A stretch of 64,000 bases of DNA, taken from assembly GCA_016936555.1 (NCBI GenBank), contig JAFGXR010000103.1:17931-81930 (forward strand), read 5' to 3'. Positions 28,973-38,472 of this stretch are shown piece after piece. Position 1 is the first letter of the stretch. Each line of letters begins with the position of its first letter. The position numbers and the translations under genes were made by a program. Under the pieces are notes generated by a model, which was not told the DNA's origin, did not search any database, and worked only from the letters and a program-made list of their open reading frames with translations. Source of the DNA: Spirochaetales bacterium (lineage in GTDB: Bacteria > Spirochaetota > Spirochaetia > DSM-2461).

Positions 28973-30823
28973 CTATAAGTCCGATAAATTATGTTTATCA
29001 TTATCACCGAGTTTCTTCTTTTTTTGAAAAGAGTCTGTAAACTCGCTCCAGGCTTCGTTCTGTTCTTTTTTCGTGTAATGATGCGTTTTGACAGCACTTT
29101 CCTGCCGTTCCATCGCAGCCCGGCTTTTTCTTGTGTATTGCGGTTTCTGACTCTGCCGTTTGCGGTATTCGGCTCGTCTTTCCTCTCTGGACATAGCTGA
29201 AAAATCCGGCACGCTTTCCCCTTTTGCTGCACCTGAGGAAACAGAGCTTTCAGCCTGCCTGACAAGAATGGGCCGGCTCATACCGGTAAATGTTTTCCGG
29301 TAACTGTCATAACGGCCGAGAACTCGGATAACCAGCTGTTTCCAGACGGGAATCCGCAAAAATGCAAATTGAAATATCTCCAGAATATTGAGATTGAACA
29401 ATACTTCCAGAGGCTTGAATTTCAGCTTTCCCGATTCGAAGTAGTTTTCCAGAAGGGATTTGATTTTGGTCACATCATTGACCTTCATCTTTTTCTTGGC
29501 CACATGGATTACCGCTTCCGAGACGATTGCGGGCCTGTCCAGGAGAGCTATCATCATGGGATCCCAGTCATTTATTTTTTCGAGGATATTATTACGGAAA
29601 TTCTCATTGCTGTAGAATACGGAAACATTGCTTTTGTTATTTGTCCTCAGAAGCGATTCCATAAGTTTTTTGTATTCCTCGAGAAGATCTACCGAGAACT
29701 GGGCCAGATTGGACACGAAATAGGTGTAGATGTTATCCCTGTGTATATATTTTTTTCCAATATAGACAATATGGGGAAGCTGAGTCTTCTTTTTAGATTT
29801 CACAAAGTTCTCGTAAAACTTGTCTTTGAAATCGGGCCAGCGACTCACCGCTTTCTCCATTTTTTTATTCAGGCTTTTCTGATCGACAAAAAAACCTTCT
29901 TCACGGGCGATTTCATGAGTCAGAGTCTTCAGCTCATTGAACATTTCAATTTCATCGGCCCGCCTCTCTTCCATCTCTTTCATTTCATTTTCAGAAAAAT
30001 AACGCACCAGCTCACAGGAAGAGAAAAAGTCTTTGCTGACCGACCGGCTCTTCTGAAGGATTTCCTCTCTGGCATCGAGAATAGATACAGAGATTTTTCT
30101 CCAGAAAGCCGGATCCTTGGTGGTCATTTCCTTACGGATTTCCATAATAGGCCGGGATTGCAGTTTGGCGACATAAGAGAGAACAGAAGAATTCTTCAAA
30201 CCCTCAAGCACCCGGCGCGTACACATGGATACGAGCAGCGGAAGTGTCTGGGAAGTGGCGACGAAATAGTAATCATCACTGGACGGAATCTTGTAGATCT
30301 GACCTTCCAGTCGTGTTTTTCTGAAGAAGTTTCTGCTGACATTTCTCGGCGTGAGAACCTGTATGAAAGATTCGGGAATGACAATCCCCTGATCGGCAAG
30401 CGTTTCGGCCGTGACGAGAGGATGAACCGAAGAGAGCTGGGCGATCTCCATTTCATCTTCGACAAGATGATAATAGAACGCCTTATCCGCGGTGTCGCTT
30501 AAAATTATCGTATTTCTTTTCAGTTCGCCCTTTTCGCATTTGTGCTTAAGCAAACCGCATTTCGCCGTTTTCAGACGGGACAGTAAATTGACAAGGTCTT
30601 TTTCGGCAAACCTGAGACCGGAGCTGTGCCTGACGAAACGGTTGTAGTCAATCCCCGGTTCCCAGTGCTCGCAAAGCGATTGAAATATTTTTCTATGTTC
30701 GGAAGCGAAATTGCCGATCTGCGAGAGAAATTCCTCGCGCCGCATGGAATCATTGCTGACGAACTCAGGTATTCTTTGAAGATGGGTTGCTAACTGCGGG
30801 GCGTTTTCTTTAATCTTTGACAT
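28973..30823 (-). CDS. Hypothetical cytoplasmic protein (616 aa)
   Basis: Long ORF with plausible composition and a basic low-complexity C-tail; no family recognised. Confidence 0.75.
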   Translation of the reverse strand: MSKIKENAPQLATHLQRIPEFVSNDSMRREEFLSQIGNFASEHRKIFQSLCEHWEPGIDYNRFVRHSSGLRFAEKDLVNLLSRLKTAKCGLLKHKCEKGELKRNTIILSDTADKAFYYHLVEDEMEIAQLSSVHPLVTAETLADQGIVIPESFIQVLTPRNVSRNFFRKTRLEGQIYKIPSSDDYYFVATSQTLPLLVSMCTRRVLEGLKNSSVLSYVAKLQSRPIMEIRKEMTTKDPAFWRKISVSILDAREEILQKSRSVSKDFFSSCELVRYFSENEMKEMEERRADEIEMFNELKTLTHEIAREEGFFVDQKSLNKKMEKAVSRWPDFKDKFYENFVKSKKKTQLPHIVYIGKKYIHRDNIYTYFVSNLAQFSVDLLEEYKKLMESLLRTNNKSNVSVFYSNENFRNNILEKINDWDPMMIALLDRPAIVSEAVIHVAKKKMKVNDVTKIKSLLENYFESGKLKFKPLEVLFNLNILEIFQFAFLRIPVWKQLVIRVLGRYDSYRKTFTGMSRPILVRQAESSVSSGAAKGESVPDFSAMSREERRAEYRKRQSQKPQYTRKSRAAMERQESAVKTHHYTKKEQNEAWSEFTDSFQKKKKLGDNDKHNLSDL

Positions 30824-30960
30824 ACCTAAACCTGTTTATGACTGTTCTTTTTTATCCTTTCGCCGCTGTTTGATCTTCGGAACAATCTCGATGAGACTGC
30901 GGAGGATCAGACAGAATCCCGTTGCAAACAGAATGGGAGCTACGATGTTCATCTTTTATT

Positions 30961-33129
30961 CTACACCTCTTTAACCTGGATTTTCCAGCTTCTGTGGATC
31001 CGGCTGTTCCGTTGGAAATCTTCTGAAATGGTTTTTTCGCTGATCTCTTCCATAGTGAATTTATCGAGAGCTTTTTCATCGAGCTTGAATTTTCTGAAGT
31101 TGTTGGAAAAAATCAGTATTCCCCCTCTCTCCAGCCGGGCCGCAGCCAGCTTGATCAGTGAGACATGATCGCGCTGAATATCAAAAGTGGATCGGCTGCT
31201 TTTCGAATTCGAAAATGTCGGAGGATCCAGAAAAATCAGGTCAAAACGGTCTTTCGAGTTTTTGAGAAAATCGAAGCAGTCATCCTTTACATATTTGTGC
31301 TTGCGGTCTCCGAAACCGTTCAGAGCCATATTGTCCCGGGCCCAATCGGTATAAGTTTTCGAGGCATCGACCGAAACCGTACTTTTCGCACCGCCGGCCG
31401 CTGCGTGAACAGTAGCCGTTCCTGTATAACAGAACAGATTGAGAAACTTTTTCCCCCGGCTCATATCCCGGATCATGGACCTGACGATTCTGTGGTCGAG
31501 AAAAATTCCCGTATCGAGATAATCTGTGAAATTCACCCAGAAACGGCTGCCCCATTCATGAACGACTTCCCGCTTGCCCGTCAGGGCGACACGGCTGTAC
31601 TGGGCTTTCCCCTTCTGCTTCCGCCTCGTTTTCAGGAAGATGTCGGACCGCTGCAGATTCAGGACTTCCGGCAGGACCGTCATGATTTCCCTGATTCTGC
31701 CGTCGGCTTTTTCCTGTTCAATTTCCCCGGGAGGAGCGTACTCCTGCACAAGAGCCCATTTATCTTCATAAAGATCTATCGCCACATTGTAATCGGGAAG
31801 ATCGGCATCATAGATTCTGTAACAGGAAATCCCTTCCCTCTTCGCCCATTTCGCAAGATGTTTTTTTCTTTTCTTAACCCGGTTTACGAAGGCGAGCAGA
31901 GCCGGACTGACTCTCTCCTCCAGAGGTGTTTCATTAACAGCTGTTTTTTTTCCGATGTCCGCCTCTGCGTCCTTCAGCGTAAACCGCGCAAGCACACACT
32001 TGATCGGTCCGTTATAAATGCTGTTGACTTTTTCGGCCCGCAGTCCCGTACTCTTCGATAGCTCCTCGTTGCTTGTGATCATGGTCATTTTCCAGCCGGG
32101 GAAGCGCATCGAAAAGAGATCGCCCATACTGCGGTAGAGGGAGCGGAGGTTTTCCACATCCCCCAGTCTTTCCCCGTAAGGAGGATTGACGGCGATCAGT
32201 CCCGATCCTCTCCAGCTTTCATTGAGGCGGAGGGCATTGAGTTCTCTTTTTTCCGCGTGGACGATTCCGTTTAATCCCGCTCTTCCGATGTTTTCCAGCG
32301 CTCTGGGAATGACTTTACCATCCTGATCATAACCTGTAACGGGAGGGATTCTATTCATCCCCTTTTCTCTGCGCTGTTCAGCTTCATCCCAGAGATCCTC
32401 CCACAGATCCGGATCGTGTTTCATCCAGCCGTAAAACCCGAAATAGGAACGGTAGAGACCGGGAGCGATGTCTCCGGCCATCAGAGCCGCCTCGATGGGA
32501 AGAGTCGCGCTTCCGCACATGGGATCGACAAAAGCTCCTCCTTCAGCGGCGATGGCCGGCCATCCCGATCTGTAGAGAAGAGCAGCCGCCGTGTTTTCCT
32601 TGAGGGAAGCGGAACTGCCTTCGAGCCGGTATCCCCTTCTGTGGAGACTCTCTCCCGAAAGATCGAGGGAGACGACGGCATCGGTTCCGTGGACGTGAAG
32701 ATTGATCAGGGCCCGGGGCTGATTCCTGTCCACATCGGGACGGGAACCGGTCAGATTCCTGAAATAATCAGCGACAGCGTCTTTTACTACAAGAGCCGCA
32801 TGCTGTTCGTTTTTAAGGGGAGATCTGGTAAGGGAAGCCGATACGGCAAAAGTTTCCTCAGCGGAAATGACATTTTCCCACCGGATCAGCGAAGCGCCTC
32901 TGTAGAGCTGATCTTTATCTTCTATGGAGAATTCGCGGAGCGGCAGTAAAACGCGGTTGGCGATTCTCGACCAGAGACAGGTTCTGTAAGCTGTCTCAAG
33001 AGAGCCCTTGAAGCTCACTCCGGCTTTCTGCTGTTTTAAAGGCTCCGCTCCGAAACTTTCCAGTTCCGAAACCAGTAAATCCTCGAGGAACAGAGGACAG
33101 GTCGCAAAGAATTCGTGTTCTGTAGACAT
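30961..33129 (-). CDS. rlmKL: Bifunctional 23S rRNA methyltransferase RlmKL
   Basis: THUMP region, LHRRGYR, DPMCGSAT, VNPPYGERL; second MTase LNLFCYTG, LDPPTFSNSK. Confidence 0.95.
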   Translation of the reverse strand: MSTEHEFFATCPLFLEDLLVSELESFGAEPLKQQKAGVSFKGSLETAYRTCLWSRIANRVLLPLREFSIEDKDQLYRGASLIRWENVISAEETFAVSASLTRSPLKNEQHAALVVKDAVADYFRNLTGSRPDVDRNQPRALINLHVHGTDAVVSLDLSGESLHRRGYRLEGSSASLKENTAAALLYRSGWPAIAAEGGAFVDPMCGSATLPIEAALMAGDIAPGLYRSYFGFYGWMKHDPDLWEDLWDEAEQRREKGMNRIPPVTGYDQDGKVIPRALENIGRAGLNGIVHAEKRELNALRLNESWRGSGLIAVNPPYGERLGDVENLRSLYRSMGDLFSMRFPGWKMTMITSNEELSKSTGLRAEKVNSIYNGPIKCVLARFTLKDAEADIGKKTAVNETPLEERVSPALLAFVNRVKKRKKHLAKWAKREGISCYRIYDADLPDYNVAIDLYEDKWALVQEYAPPGEIEQEKADGRIREIMTVLPEVLNLQRSDIFLKTRRKQKGKAQYSRVALTGKREVVHEWGSRFWVNFTDYLDTGIFLDHRIVRSMIRDMSRGKKFLNLFCYTGTATVHAAAGGAKSTVSVDASKTYTDWARDNMALNGFGDRKHKYVKDDCFDFLKNSKDRFDLIFLDPPTFSNSKSSRSTFDIQRDHVSLIKLAAARLERGGILIFSNNFRKFKLDEKALDKFTMEEISEKTISEDFQRNSRIHRSWKIQVKEV

Positions 33130-33159
33130 AACATTTTATCATACAGGATACGGGCAATT

Positions 33160-33295
33160 TTATCTACGTCTCCAGAAATAGGGAGTGAAGAGAATGAGTA
33201 CCGTATAGATCTCGAGCCGGAACATCCACCCACGAACATGAGAAGAACTGTCTCCAGAAATGTCATGAACGTATAGATAAGCCAGAGGAGTATTG
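33160..33295 (-). pseudogene. trkH: trkH remnant (three spliced fragments)
   Basis: Consecutive fragments ILLWLIYTFMTFLETVLLM / LMFVGGCSGS / RLEIYTVLILFTPYFWRRR-stop correspond to distant parts of TrkH. Confidence 0.7.
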
Positions 33296-33916
33296 ACCAG
33301 TACATTGTTGATACTGATGGAAACATCAATTCCGAGGCTTTCGGCGATATTTTTATAAGCTCTGGTCTGAACCAGAGAAATGGAGCGCAGGACACCCACT
33401 TTTTTGGCGTACATACTGGTAATGAGGTTCAGTTCCTGATTGCCTGTTGAAGATATGACCAGATCGAAGTTCTTGAACAGTTCCTCTTCCCAGACCTCTT
33501 CGTTGGTGATATCGGCATGGGTCACCTGTGCCGAAGGAAAGCGCTCGCTGAGGTATTTGCACTGTTCGTAATCGGCGTCGATAAGATGAAGATGGCAGGG
33601 CTGCTCCTGTCTGGTAAGCCGGCTTATGATCTTTCCGATCAGGCTCGCTTCTCCGGCGGAAATATTAGCCAGGTAATCATATTGAGTTAGTCCGATTCGG
33701 TGATGCTGATAAAAAAATCAGCTTTGTCCAGACCGGCCTGATGGAACACTTCCAGATTGTTTCCCTCGTCGCTGATATCGATGCAGACGAGCTGATTTGA
33801 AACCTGTTTGGTCCTGTGGGAATCTCTTTCGATAATGGTGACATGCTGGTCTTCATGAATCAGCTGTCTGCAAGATGATAGCCGACTTTGCCGGCTCCCA
33901 GAATTATAATATTCAC
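33290..33916 (-). pseudogene. trkA: trkA pseudogene
   Basis: GTG 33916 gives NIIILGAGKVGYHLA; frameshift near 33870; TAA at 33687-33689 (ESD*LNMI); jump into the second RCK-N domain (HADIT...TGNQELNLITSMYAKK); truncated C-terminus. Confidence 0.88.
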
Positions 33917-33923
33917 AAGGCAA

Positions 33924-33952
33924 ACACTAAACAGTTCGGGAACCGGTGTCAA
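33924..33952 (-). promoter_or_regulatory. Sigma70-type promoter of the trkA pseudogene (predicts a near-leaderless mRNA)
   Basis: TTGACA, 17 nt, TAGTGT; the -10 box ends 8 nt before the GTG and there is no SD. Confidence 0.55.
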
Positions 33953-33960
33953 GATTCGGC

Positions 33961-35088
33961 TTAATTATCCCACTCAAAGGAGAAATCAAGATTCCAGCGG
34001 TCTCTCAGGTGAGACATCTGTTTCTGCAGAACTTCAGGGACGGGACAACCGTGTTCCTGCCTGTAAATCCTGGCCTGATATTCTTTTTCTCCGGCCGTAT
34101 AAATCCGTTCGGTTCCGGCTGCTTTTCTCGAGGCTCTCAACTCTCTCAGAATTGTTCCCGCGATGGTTCTAAAGAGCTTCTCACCCATAAAGAACTCCGT
34201 GTTGATGGCAATGAAAAAATGTCCCAGAGGATAGGGGATTTTGTTCCCTTCGCTGTCAAATCCGTTCAGAGCCTTCATGAATTTACCATCCTGAAGCGCC
34301 GCCGAAAGGATTTCCACGACAGTCGAATAACCGAAGCCTTTGTAGCCGCCGGTCTCTTCACCCAGTCCACCCAGAGGCGTCAGCGCGGCTTTGCCCTGAG
34401 TCAGGTCTATGAGGACCTGATTCGTATCGGTCCTGGTCTCTCCGTTTTCGCCGATAACCCATCCTGCCGGGAGGTCTTTACCGGCCCGCCCGTACACTTC
34501 TATTTTTCCCCGCTGGGAAACGGAAGTCGCGCAGTCGAGATTGAAGTCGAACTCTTCATCGGTAGGCAGGCCGATTGTCAGAGGATTTGTCCCGAGCATA
34601 TTCTCTACTCCGAAGGTAGGAGCCGTTGACGGCCTTGCGTTCGTTCCGGTCATGCCGATCATCCCCGCTTCCGTGGCCATGGAGGTGTAATATCCCGCTA
34701 TGCCGTAATGGGTTGAATTCCGGACGACAACCATGGCCAGTCCGTGTTTTTTCGCCTTTTCAATTGCCATTTCCATGGCTTTCCTGGAGACGACATGGCC
34801 CATCCCGTTGTTTCCGTCGAGAACGGCAGTTGTTTCCGTTTCTTTGATGATATCTATCTTCGTTACGGGATTGACGATACCGTCATCGAGACGATCGATA
34901 TAGATCGGTTTCAATCTTCCGATTCCATGAGAATCAATCCCTCTCTTATCGGACTCGATCAGGACATCGGAAATGATATCGGCATCTCCTTCGGGAATGC
35001 CGCTTTTCATAAGTGCCTGTTTCATAAATCGCTCAAGCGTTTCAAAATCCATCCAGCGGCAGTCTTTGTATTTTTCTGCATAATCCAT
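33961..35088 (-). CDS. Ldh_2-family oxidoreductase (malate/L-lactate/sulfolactate dehydrogenase-like)
   Basis: RGIDSHG, LDGNNGMGHV, NSTHYG, GTNPL, LDCATS, GGYKGFG. Confidence 0.92.
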   Translation of the reverse strand: MDYAEKYKDCRWMDFETLERFMKQALMKSGIPEGDADIISDVLIESDKRGIDSHGIGRLKPIYIDRLDDGIVNPVTKIDIIKETETTAVLDGNNGMGHVVSRKAMEMAIEKAKKHGLAMVVVRNSTHYGIAGYYTSMATEAGMIGMTGTNARPSTAPTFGVENMLGTNPLTIGLPTDEEFDFNLDCATSVSQRGKIEVYGRAGKDLPAGWVIGENGETRTDTNQVLIDLTQGKAALTPLGGLGEETGGYKGFGYSTVVEILSAALQDGKFMKALNGFDSEGNKIPYPLGHFFIAINTEFFMGEKLFRTIAGTILRELRASRKAAGTERIYTAGEKEYQARIYRQEHGCPVPEVLQKQMSHLRDRWNLDFSFEWDN

Positions 35089-35111
35089 TCAAGCAACCTC
35101 TTACGTATTAA

Positions 35112-35174
35112 ATCATTTACATTTCCTACAATGTGACACCATTTCCGATCATTTACAATCACTTTTCGATCATC
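35112..35174 (-). promoter_or_regulatory. Tandem ~10-bp direct repeats, candidate DeoR operator
   Basis: Minus strand reads TGATCGAAAAG-TGATTGTAAA-TGATCGGAAA...TGTAAATGAT between the deoR and dehydrogenase genes. Confidence 0.5.
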
Positions 35175-35176
35175 AG

Positions 35177-35953
35177 CTACCCGGAAACAATCAATTTAAT
35201 TCCGAAATTCTCGAAATCCTCCAGAATTGAAGGGTCGGGGAGTTCGTTTGTGACCAGAATATCAATTTCCGACAGATCGCCGATGTAGTGCTGGGACAAG
35301 GTTCCGATTTTACTCGAATCGGCTGCGACAATGATTCTCCCTCTTGTCTGCTCCATCATTTTTCTGGAAACCGCCGCTTCATGGGTGTTGTGGGATGTGA
35401 GTCCTTTTTTGAAACTGATACCGTCGACACCGAGAATCGATGTCGTGGGATGGACTCTTGCGAGCCGGTTGAGGACTTCCTCCCCGACCAGACAGCTCGT
35501 CCCGTGGCGGAATGTGCCGCCAGTCAGGATCAGCTCGCTATCGGAGCGGATCTCAAGACCGGCGAGAGCTCCGACATTGTTCGTTATAATGGTCAGCCCG
35601 GGAACGGAAGCCAGGCTTCTGAGAATCAGGGACGTCGTCGAACCGCTGTTGATAAATACAGTCTCTCCCTCGCTGACCAGAGATGCGGTCTTTCCGGCGA
35701 TGGATGCCTTGAGAGGAATATTCATCCTGTCTTTATCATTGAAAGAAGGTTCGTTTATCTGCAGATTGGTACTAATGGCACCGCCGTGGGTTCTTTCTAG
35801 CAGGCCTTCCGATTCAAGAGTGGTCAGATCTCTTCTTATGGTGATAACTGAAACCCCGAGGATTTCACTCAATTCATCAACGCGGACAATACCCTGTTCG
35901 CGCAGTTTTTCCAGAATCCGGACCTTCCGTTCGGCCGGAATTTCGTTTTTCAT
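35177..35953 (-). CDS. DeoR/GlpR family transcriptional regulator
   Basis: VSVITIRRDL...RTHGGA, FINSGSTT, TNN, ADSSK. Confidence 0.95.
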   Translation of the reverse strand: MKNEIPAERKVRILEKLREQGIVRVDELSEILGVSVITIRRDLTTLESEGLLERTHGGAISTNLQINEPSFNDKDRMNIPLKASIAGKTASLVSEGETVFINSGSTTSLILRSLASVPGLTIITNNVGALAGLEIRSDSELILTGGTFRHGTSCLVGEEVLNRLARVHPTTSILGVDGISFKKGLTSHNTHEAAVSRKMMEQTRGRIIVAADSSKIGTLSQHYIGDLSEIDILVTNELPDPSILEDFENFGIKLIVSG

Positions 35954-36002
35954 ACTGAATTTCCTTTAAAAGGACATTATGCATCAAAAACGATCGCGTT
36001 GT

Positions 36003-37841
36003 CTAATGGAAACGGCTTTCATAAATGTATCCGCTTTTCCCTTTCTCGTAATTGCTTTTCTTTACTTTACTCTTCAGTTCAGCGGCATAATGGGCAAGTT
36101 CGCCCGGTGTAATTTCTTTGCGGAAATTTCCACTGGAGAAAGCCGCGAGACTGATTGTTGTCAAGGGATAGAGACTCTCCTGCCCCGAGCGGTCAGTCGA
36201 TTTAAAGTGCCCGAGAGCCCTATCGTTTTCTGAAAAGAGACTCAGTTTCCGGCTGTCGAATTCATAACATAACAGCTGAAGGTCTGCCTCCAAGACAAAT
36301 GAATGGAAAATAAAGATAAAATCATCTCCTCCGATATGACCGAGAAATGCATCTTCTTTACGTCCCGCGCGGAAATCCTTAAGAATATCAGATAATAGAG
36401 TGATCATCCTGTCGCCCTGATCGAAGCCGTATGTGTCGTTGTACTGCTTGAAATGATCAATATCGATATAGACTATTGAATAGCAATCTCTTGAAGCGAG
36501 TTGTTTCAGACTCAACCGGATATTGCTGTTTCCCGGCAGGTGTGTCAGAGGATTCTGGTTCATGGCATTGAATATTTCCAGATCGATGGCTTTTTCTATC
36601 AGATTTTTCATTGTAATGGTACCGGAAAGAGTTCCGTCTTCCTTTGTGATAACTATGGGGTCAAAAGCATTGCTTCCGTTGCGGGCCAGAGCAATTTTTT
36701 TTATGGTAAGAAGATCGACGCTCTCTTTTATCTCCAGAAAATCGACTTTAACCATTTCTTCGGCAAAATGGTGGGCAAAGAGGGAATACCCGAATCTTCC
36801 GCTCATAAGATTGTAAAAAACCTGTCTGGTTATCAATCTGAGCGGTCGGTCCCCTTCGGTAATGACAACATGATCGACCACCTGATTCCGCTTGAAAAAA
36901 GAATCCAGCTCTCTGCAGGGAACCGATCTGAGAGGAAATGTATCGGGCCGGATTACAATATCGTTGAGAAATGAACTGGTGGAAAAATCTGAAATTTTAA
37001 ACCGCCCGATCAACTGGTTCATTTCTGCCAGAGTTTCCGGTATGATACCCTGAGGAGAAGAAGCCGGCCTTCCGAGATAAAATCCCTGAACATAACGGAC
37101 TCCCAGACGGAAAACCGTTTCCAGATCTTCGTAACACTCTATCCCTTCTGCGAGAACACTGCTCCCCACATCGGAAGCGAAATGACAGAGCGTCCTCATC
37201 AGATTCTGTTTATAGGGACTTATACTGATGCCATGGACAATCTCTCTGTCTATTTTCATAAAATGGGGAGTCATGGCTATAAGCGTTGTCAATCCACTGT
37301 GTCCCGCTCCGAAATCATCCAGCGCTACTTTAAACCCCTGTTCAACATAGTGCTGTATCAGATTCTCGAAAAGACTGTATTTTTCAATGGAAGCCCGTTC
37401 CGTAATTTCCAGTACTATCTTTCGGTGGTTCAGCCCATGTTCCTTTATATAAGAAGAAGTAAACCCCTTTTTGAAATCGGGATTATTGAAAATGTGAGGA
37501 CTGACATTAAGGAAGAAATAGGTTTCACTATGGGAAGAATCGAGATGGCTGATTTTTTCAAGTGCAGCCATTCTGCAGGCGTATTCGAGTTCCCAATCCA
37601 GATTATTCCTTTCGGCAACGGCGAACATTTCACCGGGATTGAAAAAACGGCCTGTTCCACGAGCCAGCATTTCATAAGCGTAAACGGAGTTCGTAAAGAG
37701 ATCGACGATCGGTTGAAACCAGGAGTCAATTTTCTTTCCGTTTATCTGTGCTGATAATTCTTCTTTTTCGTTTATTCTGTCCATTGTTACAAAAGTCTTT
37801 TTCAAATCCAGAGAATCGAGACTTCCCGGTACAAATATCAT
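36003..37841 (-). CDS. EAL-(CBS-like)-GGDEF protein
   Basis: FQPIV..YEMLAR, LEITE, DDFGAG, KID, AEGIE, QGFY; then NPLTHLPGN, DIDHFKQYNDTYG, GHIGGDDF. Confidence 0.92.
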   Translation of the reverse strand: MIFVPGSLDSLDLKKTFVTMDRINEKEELSAQINGKKIDSWFQPIVDLFTNSVYAYEMLARGTGRFFNPGEMFAVAERNNLDWELEYACRMAALEKISHLDSSHSETYFFLNVSPHIFNNPDFKKGFTSSYIKEHGLNHRKIVLEITERASIEKYSLFENLIQHYVEQGFKVALDDFGAGHSGLTTLIAMTPHFMKIDREIVHGISISPYKQNLMRTLCHFASDVGSSVLAEGIECYEDLETVFRLGVRYVQGFYLGRPASSPQGIIPETLAEMNQLIGRFKISDFSTSSFLNDIVIRPDTFPLRSVPCRELDSFFKRNQVVDHVVITEGDRPLRLITRQVFYNLMSGRFGYSLFAHHFAEEMVKVDFLEIKESVDLLTIKKIALARNGSNAFDPIVITKEDGTLSGTITMKNLIEKAIDLEIFNAMNQNPLTHLPGNSNIRLSLKQLASRDCYSIVYIDIDHFKQYNDTYGFDQGDRMITLLSDILKDFRAGRKEDAFLGHIGGDDFIFIFHSFVLEADLQLLCYEFDSRKLSLFSENDRALGHFKSTDRSGQESLYPLTTISLAAFSSGNFRKEITPGELAHYAAELKSKVKKSNYEKGKSGYIYESRFH

Positions 37842-38109
37842 GGCAGAAAAATAACAGGAACAGGTTAGGTATATGTTTAAACATTATGATTTTACTGTTA
37901 ATCAACCTTTTCAGTTGACCGCTGACCGATTTCCTGATAATAATTTAGTAACTGATATGTTGCGTTGATTACCCCGCTTTCTATCCCGATTTCCCTCTGG
38001 CCGTGTCTTTTCTGCACTTCTGCTGAGTATTACGACTGAAGATAATCATAGCATAGCGTAAGATAAAAACGTGATCTCTTCAGTTAATTTCTTAAAAGAG
38101 GATGGACAA

Positions 38110-38394
38110 GTGTCTAAGAAGATCTATGTAGGCAATCTCAGCTACAGAACAGTTGAAGACGGCCTGGGAGACCTTTTCGCCCAGTACGGACAGGTCAACA
38201 GTGTAAAAATCATTTTCGACAGAGAAACAAACCGTTCAAAAGGTTTCGGTTTCATCGAAATGGAAGATGATGAAGCGGCAGAAGCGGCAATCAGCGAACT
38301 GAACAACAGTGAGTTTGAGGGAAGAAATCTGAGAGTTAACGAAGCGATCGAGCGGGAAAGACGCCCCAGAAAAGAGAACTTCAATAACTACTAA
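38110..38394 (+). CDS. RRM (RNP-1) RNA-binding protein
   Basis: KIYVGNL (RNP2), SKGFGFIEM (RNP1); GTG 38110 follows GAGGA. Confidence 0.95.
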   Translation: MSKKIYVGNLSYRTVEDGLGDLFAQYGQVNSVKIIFDRETNRSKGFGFIEMEDDEAAEAAISELNNSEFEGRNLRVNEAIERERRPRKENFNNY

Positions 38395-38417
38395 TTACCG
38401 TTTTTAGTTACAACAAT

Positions 38418-38462
38418 AAAAAATCAGCAACCTGTTTCATTTGATCCGGGTTGCTTTTTTTT
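38418..38462. terminator. Bidirectional intrinsic terminator
   Basis: A-run, AGCAACC...GGTTGCT stem, T-run, located between convergent genes. Confidence 0.7.
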
Positions 38463-38472
38463 ACTTTTCTAC

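Noticed and set aside
29369-30502. Long plus-strand ORFs opposite real genes (377 aa here; also 1046-1825, 31165-32061, 39354-40298, and minus-strand 43855-44694)
   Set aside because: They are antisense shadows of well-supported genes, with no motifs and atypical composition.
33687-33871. Programmed recoding that would rescue trkA
   Set aside because: There are several independent lesions (frameshift, TAA, deletions) and no slippery-site or SD cassette, which indicates decay.
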